A stretch of DNA of 43,882 bases from a virus (IMGVR_UViG_3300043415_000099:1-43882), one strand, 5' to 3'; shown: positions 34,234-43,124, counted from the first letter of the stretch. Notes: a model not told the origin generated them from the letters alone. Translations and numbers: made by a program.

Positions 34234-35673
34234 TTAACCGAGGATTTCGGTGATGTAGTCATTCACCAAGATGCTGCGGAAGGTGATGTTTTCGGCAGGG
34301 TAAGGTGCCGTAAAGTCAAAGTTGAAATAGACTTTGCCCTGGGCGATGTTTGCCGGACTGTTAAAGTCAGGATCAGGCCAGCACTTGCCACCGAGGATAG
34401 CGCCGAGATTCGTCAGCGTCTTGAGGTAACCGTTCACGGATTCAGTGACGTCTTCCAGATAGGTGCGGCTGATATTGCGATCCACGGCCCACAAGTGAGC
34501 GCGGAGGATCGAGTCATTGATCAGGTCGGCAGTGCGGCGAACGGAAACGAAAGCAAACTTCGGATCTGCGGAAGTGGTGCGGTTGCCCCAGATGCGATTA
34601 CCGTTCTGCTTAATGATCGTCGTGACGTTGGCCTCGTTCAGCAGATTCGCCGGTGATGTTGGATCTCCGAGACGGAAGCCGACAGCGCGGGAGGTGCCGG
34701 TGAAGCCGAGAATCTCGACGTTTGACGGGCTCCACCAGAAACCGCGATCATAGTCAGATTTAGCCGTTGCACCGGCCCAAGCTGCCGAGGGTGCGTGATC
34801 AATCCCATCCTTGACGATCCATGGATCGATCACGGCGAGGCGGTCACTTCCGAACTGCGTTGCGTAGTTGACGGCGGCAGCGTCTGAGGTGTTTGGACCA
34901 TCGACGAAGGTGAAGGCGCGGAGCTTGTTAGCGACGCTCACGAGAGCATCAGCGACAGTCTTCTGCGCGGAGAATTCAGGAGCAACCAGAATGCGCGGTG
35001 TGAGGCCAAGCACAGACTCGGCATCCAGTAGCGTTTCAATGGCTGCAATGACGTTTGCCTTTGTCTCGGTGTCGTCTTCGCCGACTTCAGCGCGGACGCA
35101 CACAATGACAGCGCCGACCTGGTCGAGGATGTCGTCAAGAGCGGCTGGCAATGTGCCGGTCAATCCTGCACGAGCTGCGGCTGTTCGATTGGCTGCGACA
35201 AGAAACGGCGTGTTGACTGGGAAGGCTTCATCGAGGCCACCAGAAAGGCGGGTTGTGGCGGTCGGTGTGACAACGCCAGTGCCACCACTTGTGACAGCCA
35301 CGAGAGCTGAAATGGCGGTGTTCGCGTCCAGCGCGGTCTTGATCGTGGCAGGCGTGCTGGTGATGATGCCAGAGCTATCGGTTGCAAGATTGACCGTGAT
35401 GGCCTTGTCAGACAGCGAAACAGACAAGGCGGAAGAATTCGCGCCAGGGTTTCGGAGACGGATAGAAATTTCATTGCCAGCGATACCGGCTGCGTCAGCG
35501 GTGATCGTCAGAGCGCTTGTGCCAGTGCCAAGGGTGACAGTGGCGGCGATTGCGTCCTGTGCATCAGGAGCGGTGCCGACAAGGCCAATGACAGCGGAAT
35601 TGACGGTGCGAATGGGACGTGGTCCGTCGTTGATTTCGACTACCTGGACGCCGTGGAGAAATTGTTCGGGCAT
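34234..35673 (-). CDS. Tail sheath protein (P2 FI-like)
   Basis: FLHGVQVVE, AVIGLVGTAP, GFWWSPSN, WGNRT and FVSVRRT. Confidence 0.95.
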   Translation of the reverse strand: MPEQFLHGVQVVEINDGPRPIRTVNSAVIGLVGTAPDAQDAIAATVTLGTGTSALTITADAAGIAGNEISIRLRNPGANSSALSVSLSDKAITVNLATDSSGIITSTPATIKTALDANTAISALVAVTSGGTGVVTPTATTRLSGGLDEAFPVNTPFLVAANRTAAARAGLTGTLPAALDDILDQVGAVIVCVRAEVGEDDTETKANVIAAIETLLDAESVLGLTPRILVAPEFSAQKTVADALVSVANKLRAFTFVDGPNTSDAAAVNYATQFGSDRLAVIDPWIVKDGIDHAPSAAWAGATAKSDYDRGFWWSPSNVEILGFTGTSRAVGFRLGDPTSPANLLNEANVTTIIKQNGNRIWGNRTTSADPKFAFVSVRRTADLINDSILRAHLWAVDRNISRTYLEDVTESVNGYLKTLTNLGAILGGKCWPDPDFNSPANIAQGKVYFNFDFTAPYPAENITFRSILVNDYITEILG

Positions 35674-35702
35674 GATGTGATTCTAGGGTTTCGGGTTGAA
35701 GA

Positions 35703-35722
35703 GTCTTGTGCGGTTGGTTGCG
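35703..35722 (-). promoter_or_regulatory. Late promoter box 3 upstream of the sheath gene
   Basis: Exact 20-mer followed by 17 nt, TAGAAT, 6 nt and ATG. Confidence 0.8.
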
Positions 35723-36334
35723 TTATATTTTGACGATCCAATTCAGCGCCATTGAAGGCTGCATGTTGTTGTGGGCAGCGTTTGCACCTGTGCCGCCGAT
35801 TTGCTGGCCTGCGGTATTGCTCGGCGTGCCGGTGTATGCTGCCTGTGTGGTCAAGCCAGTCAGTTTTGTGGGGAAGCCACCGGTCGTGGAAGTCGAGGCA
35901 TCGGATGAACCTGAGGACGCAACAGAAGCGCGGTATGAATGGCCATGCAGCGGCATTTGAGCCTCTGTCAGCGTGTGCTCTTCGGCTCCTACCTTCGCGC
36001 CATGCGTGCGAGCGCTCAAGCCTGAGCCGGTGCCAGTGCCGATGATTGACCGGCCACGCATGTCTGGCAGCGTGATCGTCTTGTTTGCAGCCCAGTCAGC
36101 GGCAGCGGTTGCGCCACGTCCGCCTGATACTGGCGCGTCAGTGTTGGTCAGTGATGCCCACAACGCGAGAAAGAGATTCTGATTGTCAGCGCTTGCTCGC
36201 GTTGCGCCACTGGTTGCGCTGCCAATGGTGTCACCGTTGAACATTAGCCAGCCAGTTGGCGCGGCGGTGAGGATGGTGGCGATGACCGTTCCAGTCATGC
36301 CTTCGGAGAGTTGGAGAGTGCGACGCTTGCTCAT
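35723..36334 (-). CDS. Tail collar domain protein / short fibre
   Basis: APTGWLMFNG, LPDMRGR, GAEEHTLTEAQMPLHGH and HNNMQPS. The start may lie at 36361. Confidence 0.82.
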   Translation of the reverse strand: MSKRRTLQLSEGMTGTVIATILTAAPTGWLMFNGDTIGSATSGATRASADNQNLFLALWASLTNTDAPVSGGRGATAAADWAANKTITLPDMRGRSIIGTGTGSGLSARTHGAKVGAEEHTLTEAQMPLHGHSYRASVASSGSSDASTSTTGGFPTKLTGLTTQAAYTGTPSNTAGQQIGGTGANAAHNNMQPSMALNWIVKI

Positions 36335-36378
36335 AGAAAGTCGCCTCGTGATAACGGCCACGAGGCCAGCCGGTTTAA

Positions 36379-36648
36379 CTATTTAGCGGCGATCTTGCTC
36401 GCTTTCTTGGACAAGATGCCCTCGATGAGAGCGACGCCCAGAGAGATGGCGAGGCCGGTTGCGCCTGCTGTCACCTGGCTGGCATTGCTTGCAATCTCAG
36501 TCACCTGAGCCGGATCAATGTTAGCTTTAGATGCGTTGGCGATGACGACGGCAGAAACGGCAGCGCCTGCCGATGAGCCCCACTTGAGCGACTGCCGAAA
36601 CAGCCAGCCTTTAGAGGTGCCGATGATGGTCTTGAGGATTTCTTTCAT
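36379..36648 (-). CDS. Small membrane protein, possible holin
   Basis: Two moderately hydrophobic segments and a basic C-terminus (SKKASKIAAK). Confidence 0.45.
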   Translation of the reverse strand: MKEILKTIIGTSKGWLFRQSLKWGSSAGAAVSAVVIANASKANIDPAQVTEIASNASQVTAGATGLAISLGVALIEGILSKKASKIAAK

Positions 36649-36681
36649 GATCTGTTTTTCCTGCGGAGGGTTTAGTGATGC

Positions 36682-37983
36682 TTATGCGGTCCGCTTCCAC
36701 ATAAACACGGTGATGTAAGGCTGGAGATTATTGTGCGCTTGGCCACCGCCGATTGCAGATGTCTCAACGCTGCGAGGATATGCCGAGGTATTGCCTCCAA
36801 CGAGGTTGTCAGCGGTTGGATCTTCAATCCAGCGATCCACTCGGACCAAGTCGCCACCGCCGTCAATGCCAATACGGTGTCTGTGCTGCGGGATTTCAGC
36901 CTCGGTGAGAACGTGCGTCTTGGCACCGCCGGTCTTGTCGAGCGCATTGAAGCTGCTATCAGCTTCATCAAAGCCGGTGAGCACGCGGCCTTGTGCGTAG
37001 CGTTCCCACGTGCCGAAACCGAGCAGCGATGCGGGGTTGCCAAGCTGGCGAGTCATGAAGATCTCACCGACTGGGTACGTGCGTTGCTGCATGAGCTGCC
37101 AGAGCGCATTCAGGTAAGTGGCACTCGTGAGCAGCTCAAGATTTGCACGCGCCGTGGCTTTGTCTGGCACGTCGGCGAGGTTCTGCGACTGAGCCAAAAA
37201 TGCAGCTTGTCCAGTCGGCTCATTTTGCACGCACAGGATCTTAGAGCCTGCCGCGTAGCTTGTCGCAAGCGTGACGCGTGTCAGGGTGGTGGCTGTCCAG
37301 TCATCAGGATGCAGCCGGACGCCTTCGATGTAGAGCGAGAGGCCCACAGTGCTGCACGTTGCCAAGTCCACAACGGTCTGGCCTGAAACAAGAGTCTGTT
37401 CCTCTTCGACCGTGTTGACGATGATATTCACGTCCTCGGGATTGCGCCACTCATAGTCACCGGTGGCGTTGGAAACCTTCGTTAGGATCTGGTCGGTGGT
37501 TCCGCCAGGGATGAGAAGGTCAAGCTCATCACTCACCCATTGACGCGTTGCCACGACGACAGCGGTGTCAATCTGGAGCGTAATGGCTTCAGTGTTTGAC
37601 ACGACAAGGAAGAGCCGCGCCACGAGGTCAAGCGTTGCGCCTTCGGACGGAAGAGGCTTATACACCGGAGGAAACTGGGCGATGGCGATCAGGTCGCCGT
37701 CACTGTCAAAGACACCGATTTCACGAATCGTAAAACCGCCTTCAGCAGCCGGAACGATCAGCTCACAAATGACGCGAGAGCCGTCAGTGGGGTCGGTGTT
37801 GATATAGTTCGGCGTGCCAGAATAGACTGAACGCACAAGGTCTGAGTCCGTCTCGGAAGGTGTCGTCGCGTTGCCGTTGCCATCGCCGACTTTCATGGTC
37901 GTGAGGTTCAGCGGCGTGTTGTTGGCAATGGCGTCGGCGATCTTCGCGAGGCCAAGTGTGGTGATGGTTGCTAGATAAGACAT
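36682..37983 (-). CDS. Tail fibre (P2 gpH-like N-terminus)
   Basis: MKVGDGNG, GGFTIREIG and VVVATRQWV; C-terminal YPVGEIF...HNNLQPYITVFMWKRTA. Confidence 0.9.
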   Translation of the reverse strand: MSYLATITTLGLAKIADAIANNTPLNLTTMKVGDGNGNATTPSETDSDLVRSVYSGTPNYINTDPTDGSRVICELIVPAAEGGFTIREIGVFDSDGDLIAIAQFPPVYKPLPSEGATLDLVARLFLVVSNTEAITLQIDTAVVVATRQWVSDELDLLIPGGTTDQILTKVSNATGDYEWRNPEDVNIIVNTVEEEQTLVSGQTVVDLATCSTVGLSLYIEGVRLHPDDWTATTLTRVTLATSYAAGSKILCVQNEPTGQAAFLAQSQNLADVPDKATARANLELLTSATYLNALWQLMQQRTYPVGEIFMTRQLGNPASLLGFGTWERYAQGRVLTGFDEADSSFNALDKTGGAKTHVLTEAEIPQHRHRIGIDGGGDLVRVDRWIEDPTADNLVGGNTSAYPRSVETSAIGGGQAHNNLQPYITVFMWKRTA

Positions 37984-37997
37984 GATTTATTTTTCAC

Positions 37998-39071
37998 TTA
38001 TGGATAAGGCAAGGCTTCGACGTTTCTGACTTCGACCCATTCACTGTCACCAAAGCTGTAAACGGCTTTGACTCGGATGTCGTAGAAGCCTGCGTTGATT
38101 CCGGTGTAAACTACCTGGCCCACTCCCTCGACTGGAGTGCCTCCAGAGCTTTGAACGTCAGTTGTCCACTCGTTGTTTGCTGCACAAAGTTCGGTGACGA
38201 ACGTATTGCCGAAACAGTTAAAGCTCACTCTCAGGAGTGCTGGCTCATCATCATTTGATGCGGTGACATCGAACGGCGGCAGAATAGTGATGGTAAAATT
38301 CTGTGCAGCCGGTGAGCTAAATAATCCACCCATCGCGGTGCGAATGCTAATGTAAAACGATCCTACGGTAATGCTTAGATCCGTAATCGCCTCGGTGAAT
38401 GATGTCGTCGTCAAGACTAGGCTGTCATCGTCAATCCTGCGAACTTCAATGGTGTAGTATTCACCAAAGCCCGACCATGTAAACGCGGCGAGATTGACGC
38501 CAGTCTGAGTGAAGGAAATGCCGGTCGGTGCGGGAATGAAATTCTCCTCTTGCTTGGCTTCATAGCTCACGCCCGACATTGTTAAGCCACCGACAAAAAA
38601 ACCAGCTGCATCAGTTTCAGCCACATAGAGCGTGTCAGTCAAAGCTGAGCGCGCATTTTTCTGCCTCAAAGCCACGCCTAGAGCGCGGTTCAAGGCATCT
38701 TCAGCCACGGCACCACCGGCTGAATCGCCAGCCCGCACGCGTACGCGAAGTCGGAAGGTGTAAGCCACGCCGGTGGCCTCGTCGATCTCGACCTCATAGC
38801 CGAGACGCTGAAGAGCACGACGGAGAGCACCGACCGTGCCTTTGCGCCGGTGCTGCTCAATGCTAGCAGCGACGACTTGGCGCTTTGTCTCGACCGGCCA
38901 TGTCGCGTCCCATTCGTCCACGCTCAAAGCCCAAGCGAGCCACGGCAGCTGTGCCTCTGGGCATGTCTGAGGCGTCCACAGGGTTTTCAGTGGCACCGTG
39001 GGCAAACGATCAGCCGCGAGCGAGATGGCCCGCTCTTGAGGTGTTGCGTTTGGTGGAAGCAGGTCAGGCAT
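37998..39071 (-). CDS. Baseplate wedge protein (P2 gpI-like) with two Fn3-like C-terminal domains
   Basis: LLPPNAT, LPWLAWALSVDEWD and HRRKGT, followed by an extra ~180 aa. Confidence 0.88.
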   Translation of the reverse strand: MPDLLPPNATPQERAISLAADRLPTVPLKTLWTPQTCPEAQLPWLAWALSVDEWDATWPVETKRQVVAASIEQHRRKGTVGALRRALQRLGYEVEIDEATGVAYTFRLRVRVRAGDSAGGAVAEDALNRALGVALRQKNARSALTDTLYVAETDAAGFFVGGLTMSGVSYEAKQEENFIPAPTGISFTQTGVNLAAFTWSGFGEYYTIEVRRIDDDSLVLTTTSFTEAITDLSITVGSFYISIRTAMGGLFSSPAAQNFTITILPPFDVTASNDDEPALLRVSFNCFGNTFVTELCAANNEWTTDVQSSGGTPVEGVGQVVYTGINAGFYDIRVKAVYSFGDSEWVEVRNVEALPYP

Positions 39072-39969
39072 CGGTTGTGCTGAGAGTGATGTCTGTGCAC
39101 CAAGGCGCTTGGACGGCAGTGATAACGAGGTCGGCTGTGATACCTGGCGCTGATAGTGTCACGCGTTCCACGCCACCCACATGCAGAGCAGCATAGAGGC
39201 CAGAAAGCCGAACATCAGCGCCCACACGGTGACGGCTTTCCACGAAAGCTTGCACGCTTGCGAGCGCGGCTGTCTGAACTGCGGTCGGGTCTGGTCCGGT
39301 CGGGATGTAAAGGGTGGCAATGACTTCATAATTGACAATGCTGGCAGATTGAACGGTCACTTGATCGGTGAGCGGTCGGACATCTTCAGCATTCAGCGCG
39401 GCATTCACGGCGGCGATGAGCGGACCGGCTGCGGTGCCACTGCCGGTCGCGGACAAGATGGTCACGAGCACGTCACCAGGACTTGTGTCAGGCGGACCTT
39501 GAATGCCTGCGTCTTTCACGCCATCCACCGACAACGCATGAAACTGATAGGCTCCAACGGGTCCGGCGCTGCTGAGTCCCTCAAGTGCAAGTTGTGTGCG
39601 ATAGCGGAGAGCCGTGTCAGTCTCGTATGTCGGCAGAATTGGCGGGAGTGCCGTGGCATCGCCTGGACTGAGGATCTTGCGCGTGACGCCAAAGAGAGCG
39701 GACAGGTTTTCAAGGTCTGAGCCGGTCGCATAGGCCAGCATGACAGCCCGAGCGCCATCGTTGACACGTTGCCGGATGAGCAGCTCGCGGTAGGCAGCGA
39801 CTTCAAGGATCTTGTAAGCCGGATCGGATTCAACCAGCGCCGTAAAAGCCGTGTCGCGTGCCCGCAGGTCTGCCAGCATCGCGGCGAGAATGGTCTCGTA
39901 GCTGAGTGCTTCCACCACGTTTGGCGCGGGAACGGTCGAAAGGTCAATCGGTGTATAGGTGGTGCTCAT
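39064..39969 (-). CDS. Baseplate protein (P2 gpJ-like)
   Basis: IDLSTVPAP, ESDP, LSSAGP.GAY.FHA and VRPLTD. Confidence 0.93.
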   Translation of the reverse strand: MSTTYTPIDLSTVPAPNVVEALSYETILAAMLADLRARDTAFTALVESDPAYKILEVAAYRELLIRQRVNDGARAVMLAYATGSDLENLSALFGVTRKILSPGDATALPPILPTYETDTALRYRTQLALEGLSSAGPVGAYQFHALSVDGVKDAGIQGPPDTSPGDVLVTILSATGSGTAAGPLIAAVNAALNAEDVRPLTDQVTVQSASIVNYEVIATLYIPTGPDPTAVQTAALASVQAFVESRHRVGADVRLSGLYAALHVGGVERVTLSAPGITADLVITAVQAPWCTDITLSTTDA

Positions 39970-40307
39970 GCAGTGACAGTGATGCCGTCGAGCGTGATCG
40001 GCTCGCCGGTCGGTGTGTAGGTGGCCTCTAGGTCAATGACGACGCGTCCAGTTTCAGCGGCTGCAATCGAGACACGGCGCGGGTTGATGCGAGGCTCCCA
40101 GCGTAACAGAGCCTCAATGGTTGCGGCGTAGATGTCCACGATGGTGCGGCGATTGACCGGCGCGTCCACGAGCTGGAAAAGCCGAGAGCCATAGTCACGA
40201 CGCATCACGCGAGAACCGACAGGAGTTGTCAGGATGTCGCGGATGGACTGCCGGAGATGATCGAGTCCCGACAGCGCTTTGCCAGTATCGGCGTTGATGC
40301 CTCGCAT
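39966..40307 (-). CDS. Baseplate wedge protein (P2 gpW / T4 gp25-like)
   Basis: HLRQSIRDILTTPVGSRVMRRDYGS and WEPRI. Confidence 0.93.
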   Translation of the reverse strand: MRGINADTGKALSGLDHLRQSIRDILTTPVGSRVMRRDYGSRLFQLVDAPVNRRTIVDIYAATIEALLRWEPRINPRRVSIAAAETGRVVIDLEATYTPTGEPITLDGITVTA

Positions 40308-40337
40308 GGGTCAAGGATGCTATGTGACCTTGATAGG

Positions 40338-40357
40338 GTCTTGTGCGGTTGGTTGCG
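40338..40357 (-). promoter_or_regulatory. Late promoter box 4 upstream of the gpW-J-I-H cluster
   Basis: Exact 20-mer followed by 18 nt, CATCCT, 6 nt and ATG. Confidence 0.8.
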
Positions 40358-40903
40358 TTAGCGCTCTGTTAGAATGTAAGGGAAATTTGTGACGCCATGA
40401 CGTTTCATTTCACTGGTTAGCGCGGTATAAAATGCGTCCCATTGAGATGGCGGCACAGTTTGACAGCCTTCTGAGCTTGTGCTGTTACGTCCTCCTCGAT
40501 GAATGTTGATTGCAATGCCTGGCCGTGGGTTTACAACGCCATCACGAGTGACCGGCAGCTGCTCGCCGGATGTAGCAGGACGAAAGGCAGGATAACCACC
40601 ACCAGGTCTGCTGATACCATGATTACCCTTCTTGTAGCGATGAACTCCAAGCACAAGAGATGCAATGCCTGCACGATAAGCACTCGGGTCCGTATTGGCA
40701 TTCCATGCGGAGAAGTGAGTGGGTGAGACGATAAACAAAGCATCGTCATAAATGCCACGGTCGTTCTGGCCAGCCTTTCCCATCGTGTCGGCATAGTAAC
40801 CACGGACGCCAACTAAAACGACGGCGTCAGTGACCTTGTGGCGCTGAATAATCTTGGCGGCTTCACTAAGCGCCATTTTTGGAGTTGAGGCAGGTGTGAT
40901 CAT
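40358..40903 (-). CDS. Putative endolysin with L,D-transpeptidase (YkuD-like) catalytic motif
   Basis: INIHRGG...SSEGCQT matches the His...SxGC signature; no other lysin candidate was seen. Confidence 0.6.
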   Translation of the reverse strand: MITPASTPKMALSEAAKIIQRHKVTDAVVLVGVRGYYADTMGKAGQNDRGIYDDALFIVSPTHFSAWNANTDPSAYRAGIASLVLGVHRYKKGNHGISRPGGGYPAFRPATSGEQLPVTRDGVVNPRPGIAINIHRGGRNSTSSEGCQTVPPSQWDAFYTALTSEMKRHGVTNFPYILTER

Positions 40904-40936
40904 AAAAGAAAGCTATCACGGCCTACGTCATGCAGG

Positions 40937-41167
40937 TCACGATGCCACAGAAAGCCTCAACTTTTCTTCAAGGATTGCAAGCCGTTTTCCGTTTCGATCT
41001 GTGCAGAGCCATTCGCCGTCGTGATCGGCGAGCTTATACTGCGGCATGATGACGGTGCCCTCGGGAATGACTGTTGCCTGCGGCGAGCCGTCCTCGTCTT
41101 TACGGTCGAGGTCAAATGCCCACTCATAACGAGAGAGCGTGATGGCAGCTGGCAGTCCGTAGGGCAT
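40937..41167 (-). CDS. Hypothetical protein
   Basis: 76 aa; TAATG coupling with the upstream gene. Confidence 0.55.
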   Translation of the reverse strand: MPYGLPAAITLSRYEWAFDLDRKDEDGSPQATVIPEGTVIMPQYKLADHDGEWLCTDRNGKRLAILEEKLRLSVAS

Positions 41168-41382
41168 TACTCGTCGAGGCCATAGCGGAGTTTAAGAATG
41201 AGCCGCGCCTCGTGGATGACTTTGCGAATGTCTTCAGCTCCGTTTTTGCTGCCATGGCGACAGACTCGCTTAATGATGCAGCCTTCGAGAAACGGCAGGT
41301 TGTTAGCCTCGATGAACTCGACCGGCTGAATCTTCAGCTCCTTGTAGTGACTGCCGCCGATTTGATCATTTAGTGCGTCCAT
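41167..41382 (-). CDS. DUF3310-family protein
   Basis: QIGGSHYK, IQPVEFI, FLEGCIIK and KNGAEDIRK. Confidence 0.85.
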   Translation of the reverse strand: MDALNDQIGGSHYKELKIQPVEFIEANNLPFLEGCIIKRVCRHGSKNGAEDIRKVIHEARLILKLRYGLDE

Positions 41383-41384
41383 AA

Positions 41385-41951
41385 TTAAACGGGTGTGCTG
41401 GTTTGAGAGCCGCCAGACTGAACGCCACCGTGCTTGTGAGTTTGCAGGCTGATACTGCCAGCAATGACATCGCCGGTCGTATTGATCTTGCCGGTGACTT
41501 CGACATCGCCATTGATGAGGATCTTTGACGGCGTGACCTCAACGGACTTGCCACCGACGGTGATCTTTGCGGAGCCATCAGCAGCCTCAATCACGACGTC
41601 GCCAACGCGGATGATCCACGCGCCGGACTCGGGTAAATCGAGCACTACCTTTCCTGCCTCGGTGCCGTTCGCCGGTGCGTCAGTGCGGTAGATTCCCCCT
41701 GGCAGTGCAAAGCCTGAATTGTCCTGGCCGGATGGATTCATCAGCACGACTTGTTCACCAACGGCTGGTGGATTCCACTCGCGGGTTGCGCCAGCTCGTG
41801 AAGTCATCCACGGCACCCAGCCTGAGACGTTCGCGCCATCCTTCCCAAATGACACGCGAAGGCGAGCGGCCTCGTAATCAACGGAATGGACGCGGCCCAC
41901 GCGCATGAGATTGGCGAGCCGCTGCTGAAGGTCGGTGAGTTCTGCGCTCAT
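41385..41951 (-). CDS. Baseplate spike (P2 gpV-like)
   Basis: NLMRVGRV, WVPW, WNPPAVGEQV and ISLQTHKHGGV. Confidence 0.93.
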   Translation of the reverse strand: MSAELTDLQQRLANLMRVGRVHSVDYEAARLRVSFGKDGANVSGWVPWMTSRAGATREWNPPAVGEQVVLMNPSGQDNSGFALPGGIYRTDAPANGTEAGKVVLDLPESGAWIIRVGDVVIEAADGSAKITVGGKSVEVTPSKILINGDVEVTGKINTTGDVIAGSISLQTHKHGGVQSGGSQTSTPV

Positions 41952-41954
41952 GGC

Positions 41955-42419
41955 TTAAAATGGGATGTCATCGCCTTCAGGTCCGGCTTGTTGGCGTTGC
42001 GCGTCGTCATAGGCATCCGCAGCCGTCCGGCGTGCCGGTGCCTGTTGGCGCGGTGCCTGCTGTGCCTGCTGTCCACCTTCGCGGTTAGGAGTGCCGAGGA
42101 ATTGAACGGTTTCAGCCACGACTTTGAGCTTGCTGCGTTTTTGGCCGGTGGTCTTGTCTTCCCACGATTCCTGCTGAAGGCGTCCTTCAAAGCAGGCAGA
42201 GCTTCCCTTTTTGAGATACTGCCCAACGTGCTCGGCAGTCTTTCCCCAGACGACAATCTCGACATAGGTCACCTCCTCGTGAGAGTTTCCGGCATCGTCG
42301 CGCCACTTGCGATTGACGGCAATGGATACGTCACAGACTGCCGCGCCTTTCGGCGTGTAGCGGACCTCTGGGTCGCGTGTGAGATTGCCGATGAGAATGA
42401 TTTTGTTGAGTGATGCCAT
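41955..42419 (-). CDS. ssb: Single-stranded DNA-binding protein
   Basis: NKIILIGNLTRDPEVRYTP with a DDIPF C-terminus. Confidence 0.97.
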   Translation of the reverse strand: MASLNKIILIGNLTRDPEVRYTPKGAAVCDVSIAVNRKWRDDAGNSHEEVTYVEIVVWGKTAEHVGQYLKKGSSACFEGRLQQESWEDKTTGQKRSKLKVVAETVQFLGTPNREGGQQAQQAPRQQAPARRTAADAYDDAQRQQAGPEGDDIPF

Positions 42420-42444
42420 GATGATGTTTCTAGGTTAGGTGAAT

Positions 42445-42570
42445 TTACGCGTTTGCAATTGCCAGTAAGCCGTTTCCAAAGGCACACAATAAGCATGGAG
42501 AGCTTTCGGTTGTAACGGCAGCAATAAGCCAGAGGTTTGCAATGATGATATAGGTTGAGTACAAGTCCAT
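42445..42570 (-). CDS. 41-aa hydrophobic peptide (below the ORF-track cutoff)
   Basis: MDLYSTYIIIANLWLIAAVTTESSPCLLCAFGNGLLAIANA*; fills the gap between O7 and ssb; CACCTATG start context. Confidence 0.5.
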   Translation of the reverse strand: MDLYSTYIIIANLWLIAAVTTESSPCLLCAFGNGLLAIANA

Positions 42571-42595
42571 AGGTGAGGCATCACATGTCCGTTGG

Positions 42596-42613
42596 CCTTG
42601 CACCTTTGCAAGC
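42596..42613. promoter_or_regulatory. Operator/early promoter O7 CCTTGCA-CCTT-TGCAAGC
   Basis: Palindrome copy upstream of the peptide and ssb, inside the tail module. Confidence 0.72.
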
Positions 42614-42617
42614 GGTT

Positions 42618-43124
42618 TTATTCTTGCGGGTAAAGAATTGTTGGCGCTCCGTCCTGCTCGGAGACATTCACCTCGGTCGGTGTGTCACCGTCGTCGATCC
42701 AAACGTCAATGCCTAGAATCGCTTCGTGCTCCCATTCCACACGCATCACTTCATACTCCTGCGTATCGCCTTGAAACCGGTCTGGCGTGGCGGCGATAGG
42801 CATTGCAGCGCCCACGGTCGTGCTCCAGCGCTTGCCACGAATGAACTGCATGACAGCGGCAGCGAGCGTGCGAACGGCTAGCTTCTTGCCGGTCTTGTAG
42901 CCATCGACAACGTAGGCATTGAACCGCAGTGTCACCGGCGTCTGTTCGGTGCCCATGTCTGCCGGCTGATCGGCCTGAATGTCATCCAGCTCGATGTAGA
43001 TGGCAGGCGTCGTGATCTTGTCACCTGGACGCGGGTAGTAATCTACGACGGCGGCAGGATACTGAGCAGCCAGCGCGGTCTTGATGTTGGCGTGAAGGGT
43101 GGCGATGTTGACGGGTGCGTTCAT
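42618..43124 (-). CDS. Tail terminator/completion protein
   Basis: LHANIKTAL, TPAIYIEL and MRVEWEH; position before gpV. Confidence 0.65.
   Translation of the reverse strand: MNAPVNIATLHANIKTALAAQYPAAVVDYYPRPGDKITTPAIYIELDDIQADQPADMGTEQTPVTLRFNAYVVDGYKTGKKLAVRTLAAAVMQFIRGKRWSTTVGAAMPIAATPDRFQGDTQEYEVMRVEWEHEAILGIDVWIDDGDTPTEVNVSEQDGAPTILYPQE

Noticed and set aside
35723-37100. Diversity-generating retroelement or invertible fibre cassette
   Set aside because: The two fibre C-termini resemble each other only at protein level. I saw no near-identical TR/VR pair, reverse transcriptase, invertase or flanking inverted repeats.
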